Source: Eledone cirrhosa
Lineage: Eukaryota
NCBI GenBank assembly: GCA_964016885.1
Contig: OZ024748.1
Coordinates: 35,154,001-35,218,000 of the forward strand
Reading direction: 5' to 3'
DNA length: 64,000 nucleotides
Below the pieces are notes generated by a model. The model saw only the letters and a list, made by a program, of their open reading frames with translations. It searched no databases and had not been told where the DNA came from. The translations under genes were made by a program, and so were the position numbers. The first letter of the stretch is position 1, and every line of letters begins with the position of its first letter. Shown here in pieces: positions 56,098 through 64,000 of this stretch.

Positions 56098-56477
56098 ATA
56101 ATAATAAATGTGAAGACTAAAATCCAAAGAGGATAAGGATAAATATATATCAAATATATAACACTAGAGCAAATAGTTATTAAAATAACAGATTAAAGTT
56201 TAAACAAAGAATCGGGTGAAAGCAGCGATTCTTTGCTTAAACTTTAATCTGTTATTTTAATATATATATATATATATATATAACCCACTCTACTACCCTA
56301 AGTATTGAGTACTCTGGTGAGTTATGGTCCTTCTTGTTCCTTACCACAACTCCTTCGTTATTTATATATATATATATAAGTTCTATTTAAATTGTTGGGA
56401 TACAACAAGCAAATATTTTTATAACTGATATAAAGCACTCAACAAATTAACTCTAATGCACTCAAGTATTTTTATCT

Positions 56478-56645
<168 letters not shown>

Positions 56646-57536
56646 AATAATTCACATTCGATCATATGTTGGTTTGATTAGTTTAGCTAGTGCTAGTAAC
56701 AGCAACAAATCATTTAATTATCACACCTGAAAAGCTCATTTCTACCCCAAATAAAATAGGTACAGATAATTTAATAGACATAAAATAGGTACAGGTATAT
56801 TATTATTAGAGTTCAAATTCCGCCGAGGTTAGCTCTGCCTTTCATTCTTACAGGGTCGATAAAATAAAATAAAGCACCAGTAATACACTGGTATTGATTT
56901 AATCGACTTTCCCCTCCCCTAAAGTAGAAACAATTATTATTACTGTTTACATGTCGTTAAGAGTCTCAGACAAAAAAAACATGAACATCACGAAATGACG
57001 GTTTCAGCTCCCCCCTATCACAGGGCCAGAGCTAAAGATCCGAAGAGGTGAAGCATTTGTTCTCGGTATGGTGAACTAACTGTTGTGGAGCTACTCATAT
57101 CTATGGATTATATACAAGTTTCTACATAAACTGGACATTATTTATCCCAAATTGTAGAAATCTTATAACGAAACGATCGTATGGAAGGAAGGAAAGAGAT
57201 TTATTTAATTATGTGTCATATAAAATAATACAACCAGCTATCCACGGAATACTGTATAGTTAACACTCCAAACACTAAATTGGGATTATACTTAGGTATA
57301 TCCTAATGTTTGTTGAGTGAGATGGAGTTGGTCAGTGTATCGCTTAAAGCTTTCTCTGTTAATGTATTAAATTATATATATATATATATATTTGATATAT
57401 CTCATATGAAATTTCCCACACAATACAATTAGTTAGCACCCCTAACGTTTAATTAGGAATATACTCAGGTATTTCCTAATGTTTGTTGAGTGAGTTGGAA
57501 TTTGGCCGGAGTATCGCTAATAGCTTTCTCCGATTA

Positions 57537-57599
<63 letters not shown>

Positions 57600-57779
57600 T
57601 GAGGTTTAAGGTTATTATTACAAGACCGGTCAGTGAAACAATAAAGTCTACTTCCGCTTTGGTACTAAATGATGTTCATGATGATGATGAGTGCATGGCT
57701 AACGTTGGTATGTATGTGTGTGTGTGTATGTATATATTTATATATATACATACATAAATATATATATATATATACATAC

Positions 57780-57822
<43 letters not shown>

Positions 57823-57919
57823 CATAAATATATATATATATATATATACATACATAAATATATATATATACATACGTATATATATATATATATATATACA
57901 TACGTATATATATACATAC

Positions 57920-57954
<35 letters not shown>

Positions 57955-58027
57955 CGTATATATATATATACATAAATATATATATATATACATACTTATA
58001 TATACATACGTATATATATATATATAT

Positions 58028-58610
58028 AAACGGAAAAAATGAAACGAAATTTCATTTCCCACTCTTAGTACGGCTGTTACTTAAATATAAGTATGTACAC
58101 GTACATACATATGTGTATACAGACGTACAGTAGTATGTATATATATATATACATACATGCACACATATATATATATGTACGTATGGATTCACCGAACAGT
58201 TATTATAATGCTCGGTGTGTTTGTAAACAAACATACCGTATTAAGCCGTAGTGTTTAGCAACCATCGTTGCTCGTTTGTTCAACACTGACAAAGGAACGC
58301 TGTACTAGTTTCAAGCTTATTAGCTATCGTCAGCAACGTATACCTTCCTGCCTGATTGTTGAACGTATATACTTACCTCATGCATATTAACGGCTGAGTA
58401 GCCCAATTTGCATATCGAGTGGGTTAATCGGCCGGGTGCACCGAAAACGATAAACGGAAAAAAATGAAACGAAATTTCATTTCCCACTCTTAGTACGGCT
58501 GTTACTTAAATATAAGTATGTATACGTACATACATATATGTATACAGACGTACAGTAGTATGTATATATATATATACATGCACACATATATATATATATG
58601 TACGTATGGA
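58028..58610 (-). mobile_element. TA-flanked non-coding element with ~160-bp terminal direct repeats and a central hammerhead
   Basis: 58028-58188 repeats at 58452-58610, and the core is CpG-rich. Confidence 0.7.
58297..58339 (-). ncRNA. Minimal type I hammerhead ribozyme
   Basis: Minus strand: acgttg-CTGACGA-t-agct-aata-agct-t-GAAA-ctag-TA-cagcgt. Stem III is palindromic and the cleavage site is GUA. Confidence 0.8.
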
Positions 58611-58919
58611 TATTATATATATATATATATAGACACGGAGGTGTGATAAGCAATTGTAAGGGACAGATAGAGCAAGAGTGGGTGTGTGTGTGCGTGTGTG
58701 GAAGAAATATATTTCTACAGTGGGATATATATATATCATGCGTGTGTGTGTATATATATATGTGTAATGTGACCTGGTGTATATTTTATCCAGCTCCCAC
58801 CACAAATACAATAAAATGTATACACACTTCAACAGCATTCTAATAAATATTGCCTGTACAGGTAACCAAAGTGTGTATACATTTTGGGAGGACACTGTAT
58901 GTATGCATGTGTGTGTGAG

Positions 58920-58953
<34 letters not shown>

Positions 58954-59217
58954 TTTTACCAGTTTTAAACTAGTAACACCATTATTCAGCAGAGTACTCA
59001 ATACTTGGGACAGTAGAATAAATATATTAGAGAGAGAGTCGGGGCCCGACGGCTGAGCTCTTGCCGTTTCCACAGCAAATATAAGTTAAATAGAATCAAC
59101 ACCAACAATATTTTCTTTAAATCACATCGTAGTAGCTTCTTTTTATTATATTTTAAATAAGTAAAACTACGGTTTAGTCCGTCCGCCATCCTACCTTTAC
59201 ATACATTACATATATGC

Positions 59218-59315
59218 AGGGTGTACCGAAGAAATATATACATACTTCAACAGCATTCTAATAAATATTGCCTGTACAGGTAATCAAAGTATGTATACAT
59301 TTTTGGGGACACCCT
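59218..59315. mobile_element. About 100-bp Tc1/mariner-type MITE (degraded copies about 53558-53625 and 58790-58898)
   Basis: TIRs CAGGGTGTACC..AAATATACATACTT / AAGTATGTATACATTTTTGGGGACACCCTG. Confidence 0.7.
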
Positions 59316-59678
59316 GTGTGTGTGCATGTGCGTGTATATATATATATAATGAAGAAACTAAAATTATATATATATTTTCTTAATTATATATTCTTCCTCA
59401 ATTGATAGTTGGAGAAATAGCAATTCCTGTGGAAAAAAGACCCGACACTATCCTGATTGATATTAGGAAATAAATGGGAGTTTTTTTATATTAAATTATA
59501 TTTCCTGCATGTCTAAATATAATAAATGATGAACACTTTAATATAAAAGTCATTTATTCCAAGATGTGTTACAACTCCTTTACATATATGTCTGTGTGTG
59601 TGTGTATAAATAATAAAGCAAGGGTGTATATAGTATATAAAATAAAACTGCCAATATCTATATATATTTACACACACA

Positions 59679-59710
<32 letters not shown>

Positions 59711-59942
59711 CATGTATGTATATATATATACATATATATATATACATGTATGTAAGTATATATATATATATACATATATATATACATGTATGTATATATA
59801 TATATATACATATATATATACATGTATGTATATATATATATATATATATACATATACATGTATGTATATATATATATATATATACATATATATATACATG
59901 TATGTATATATATATATATATATACATATACATGTATGTATA

Positions 59943-59976
<34 letters not shown>

Positions 59977-59980
59977 CATG

Positions 59981-60021
<41 letters not shown>

Positions 60022-60085
60022 ATGTATATATATATATATATATACATGTATGTATGTATATATATATATATACATGTATGTATGT

Positions 60086-60347
<262 letters not shown>

Positions 60348-60438
60348 ATGTATATATATATATATATACATGTATGTATGTATATATATATATATATATA
60401 CATGTATGTATGTATATATATATATATATATATGTATG

Positions 60439-60469
<31 letters not shown>

Positions 60470-60556
60470 ATATATATATATGTATGTATATATATATATA
60501 TATGTATGTATATATATATATATATATGTATGTATATATATATATATATATGTATG

Positions 60557-60621
<65 letters not shown>

Positions 60622-60773
60622 ATATATATATATATGTATGTATATATATATATATATATACATACATGTATGTATATATATATATATATATACATACATG
60701 TATGTATATATATATATATATATATATACATACATGTATGTATATATATATATATATATACATACATGTATGT

Positions 60774-60807
<34 letters not shown>

Positions 60808-60829
60808 ATATATATATATATATATATAT

Positions 60830-60862
<33 letters not shown>

Positions 60863-60938
60863 CATACATGTATGTATATATATATATATATACATACATG
60901 TATGTATATATATATATATATATATACATACATGTATG

Positions 60939-61071
<133 letters not shown>

Positions 61072-61244
61072 ATATATATATACATGTATGTATATATATA
61101 TATATATATATATACATATACATGTATATATCCCAGTAATAAATTGATAACATATCTGTACTTCTATTTAATCTTATGATAAACGCTGAATTGAGTTTCT
61201 TAAACATATATATTTAATATGTGCACACATTTGAGTATACACAC

Positions 61245-61289
<45 letters not shown>

Positions 61290-61341
61290 AACACACAAAT
61301 TTAATATGTACACACACACACCTATATATATAGACACATAC

Positions 61342-61373
<32 letters not shown>

Positions 61374-61696
61374 GTGTGTGCACATTAATCTTTTTTTTTT
61401 CTATCGACCAAAAGCTCGGACGTAGTTGAGAATCACAAACTTGGAACAAAACGAAAACCTGTGCTGCCATATATTTCCTTCCACTATATATATATATATG
61501 TATATATATCTAATATATCTCTGGGAAGAGATATATTAGATATGTCTCATATGAAATAATACAGCCAATTTTCCACGCAATACTTTTAGTTAGCACCCCG
61601 AACGCATAATTGGGAATATAATCACTTATTTCCTAATGTTTGTTGAGCGAGTTGGAATTTGGCCGGAGTATTGCTAAAAAGCTTTCTCCGATATTG

Positions 61697-61765
<69 letters not shown>

Positions 61766-61882
61766 TGAATCAAGGGGAGGAATACATTTAAAGAAAGAGA
61801 GATAAACAGCTGAAATATGAAGTAACGTGTATATACAAACACACAGCTATATATATATATATCTATATACACACACACGTAC

Positions 61883-61916
<34 letters not shown>

Positions 61917-62145
61917 ATGTATGTGTGTAAAAATTAGCATTCATATATATATATATATATATACACACACGTACATATATACACGCACACGTGTGTGTAA
62001 AATATAAAACAAACCAAAATACATTTATACAGAAAGTTGTTAATATATATATATATAGAGAGAGAGAGAAACGCATGTATATACAAATATGTATATAAAT
62101 ATAAACTGTATATATATCTAGCAAAAAAGAAGAGTTAAATCTGAC

Positions 62146-62157
62146 CGTTTTAGCCAT
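62146..62157 (-). CDS. Candidate first coding exon (MAKT) of the Nop6-like gene
   Basis: aacgacATGG context, ACG|GTCAGA donor, and phase 0 compatible with the 51160 exon. Too short to be secure. Confidence 0.35.
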
Positions 62158-63183
62158 GTCGTTGCCGTTTCTGTTTTGTTGTGAAAGTATTAGTGGGGAG
62201 GGTAGACTGCACTGCCCTCTCTTGGTAGTCAGGGGACATAACTCAGATAATGACACTTCATAATTAAATTTTATTCTTTTGTTCAGACCAAAATGTTGGT
62301 CTTTACAATCAGTCGTACTTGAATGTCACCTTTTACTCACATAGCTTTCATTATCACCGTTTAATGTCCATTTCTCCGTGCTAGCATGGGTTAGACGAGT
62401 TGTCCTGTTGTGAGACAAACTAGGTCAGATGACCACGTCTTGCTCATACAAAACTGATTTAGGCTTAGTTTCTACAGCTGAATGCCCTTTCAATCTTTTT
62501 TTCAGACCCCGATGATGTTGGCCTTAACAATCAGTTGTACTTATAACTCACATAGTGAGTGTCCCCTTTCACTCACATAGCTATATAAGTCAAACTCAGA
62601 ACTAGTTTTCTTTTGTCCTGTTTTATGGGAGTCACCATTTCACATCCTTTTATGGAACCAAAGAGAGAGAGAGTTGTTTTGTGGCTGGTAGCTTGACCTA
62701 CTGTAAATAGTTACCAAATCTCCTGCAAAACACAGCCACCTGTCTTAAAGAGAATTATGGTCCTTGATCAGCTCTTCCTGATTAACCTAAGACTCAGTTA
62801 AAATATCTACTTATCAAGTGCTGTAGGATTCATTAAGATAGCTCATATTACCATTCTCTAAGTGCCATAGAATTCGTTTCCATTCTCAAAATAAGCACCT
62901 AAGGATTTAAGACAGTTACCATTCTCAATTAAACCCACCTCACCTAACACATAGAAAATATATTTCACTCTTAAGTTAAAAGTCAGTGAAATAAACATAA
63001 GTATGTTTATTTCACTGACTTTTGACTGCCAAAGAGATTAAAATGAAGGAATGGATTAGGAACACAGTAGCAGGTGTTTTTTTTTAAAACATTCTTTAAT
63101 TGCTCTTCATTGTCCATTGTATCAAATTGTTGGTTTCAATGCAGAAGTTTTATTGTATACCACACTTTATATATATATATATA

Positions 63184-63666
63184 CTAGCTGAATTACCCAC
63201 ACCTTGCTGCGCTTCACACTTTTTTTGTAAGAAAATGATGATTGATTTTAAATCAGTGATATAATTTATGGAGAAAAACTCTGCATTTCAATATTACTCA
63301 ATGTAAAATGTAATGCATGAAAAATTGGAAAATATTTTTTGTAATATATCAAATCAAAATTATATTATTAAATATTATTATTATTTTGTTTCTTGTAAAT
63401 ATTTTTTTTCAAAATATCAATTCAAAACGTTTGTGAATAGGCATCATATCTTGTCATTTACCTATGGTTTAAATTTCATATAAATCAAAGGGAAAAAATT
63501 TTCAGCAGGGGTTTGAGCCCCCAGAGAACCCTTTGATCAAAATGATATATACGTAAGAAATCAAATGGGCATGAGAGCCACACGCATGTCAAGTTTCAAG
63601 ATTGGTTTGGTAGTTTTTGAATTTTAGGTTCACTAACAGACAGTAATTGCTATTTATGTATATAGA
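63184..63666 (-). mobile_element. Lep1-like non-autonomous Helitron
   Basis: The minus strand starts TCTATATACATAAA, has CTGTCTGT near the 5' end, and ends in a weak hairpin plus CAGCTAG. Inserted between A and T. Confidence 0.65.
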
Positions 63667-63769
63667 TTTCAGCAGTACACTTAATACTACACACTTCGTT
63701 TAGCCAAGATGTCAGCCAGAAAAAACAGCTTTAGGAAAGCCCATTATTGGAGTAATCCTTGAAACTAAC

Positions 63770-64000
63770 CTACATCTCTTGATAATATTGCCATCATTAC
63801 TTGGAAACTTGCTGCACAGTGAATATTCAGTTGGTTGCGTTATGTCCAGGGTGAAAACCCACACTCATGGACTTGATATACCCACACTTTACTGGGGAGA
63901 CGTAAAGTGATTCTCTCATCTCCAGTTTTGAAAATTGGTATTATCACTAGATTACCTCCCTCGAGATCTGGACTCGCCCGTACACAAGTCAGCCCAAGAA
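63770..64000 (-). mobile_element. Old degraded RTE-type RT fragment
   Basis: Peptides VIIPIFKTGD, ITLRLPSKVW, ECGFSP and IFTVQQ resemble the RT N-terminal motifs. Confidence 0.5.

Noticed and set aside
58369-58378. ATACTTACCT, the U1 snRNA 5' end
   Set aside because: The downstream sequence is not U1. It is better read as a minus-strand splice donor.

Overview
AT-rich animal genomic DNA dense in microsatellites. It is probably cephalopod/octopus, inferred from the (TA)n/(TACA)n load and the RTE and SINE families. Two convergent spliced genes are visible. On +, an MPPED1/2-type metallophosphoesterase has five coding exons at 2041-4936; its first exon is not seen. On -, a Nop6-like single-RRM protein has exons at 51106-51160, 46778-47146, 8681-8775 and 8155-8322, with the RRM split by a 38,002-nt intron. 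That intron and the upstream region are filled with retroelements sitting in (TA)n tracts. These include three RTE LINE families carrying a PHD finger inside the RT region, their partner SINEs, a Tx1/L1 3' fragment and a Penelope-like GIY-YIG element. A Lep1-like Helitron, MITEs and several minisatellites are also present. The most notable hidden signal is 14 candidate minimal type I hammerhead ribozymes in about ten distinct short TA-flanked elements. One is an LTR-like element whose two hammerheads, 595 nt apart, both carry a compensated U3-A8 core. All folds were read by eye, not computed. The long Ile/Tyr-rich ORFs are microsatellite artefacts.
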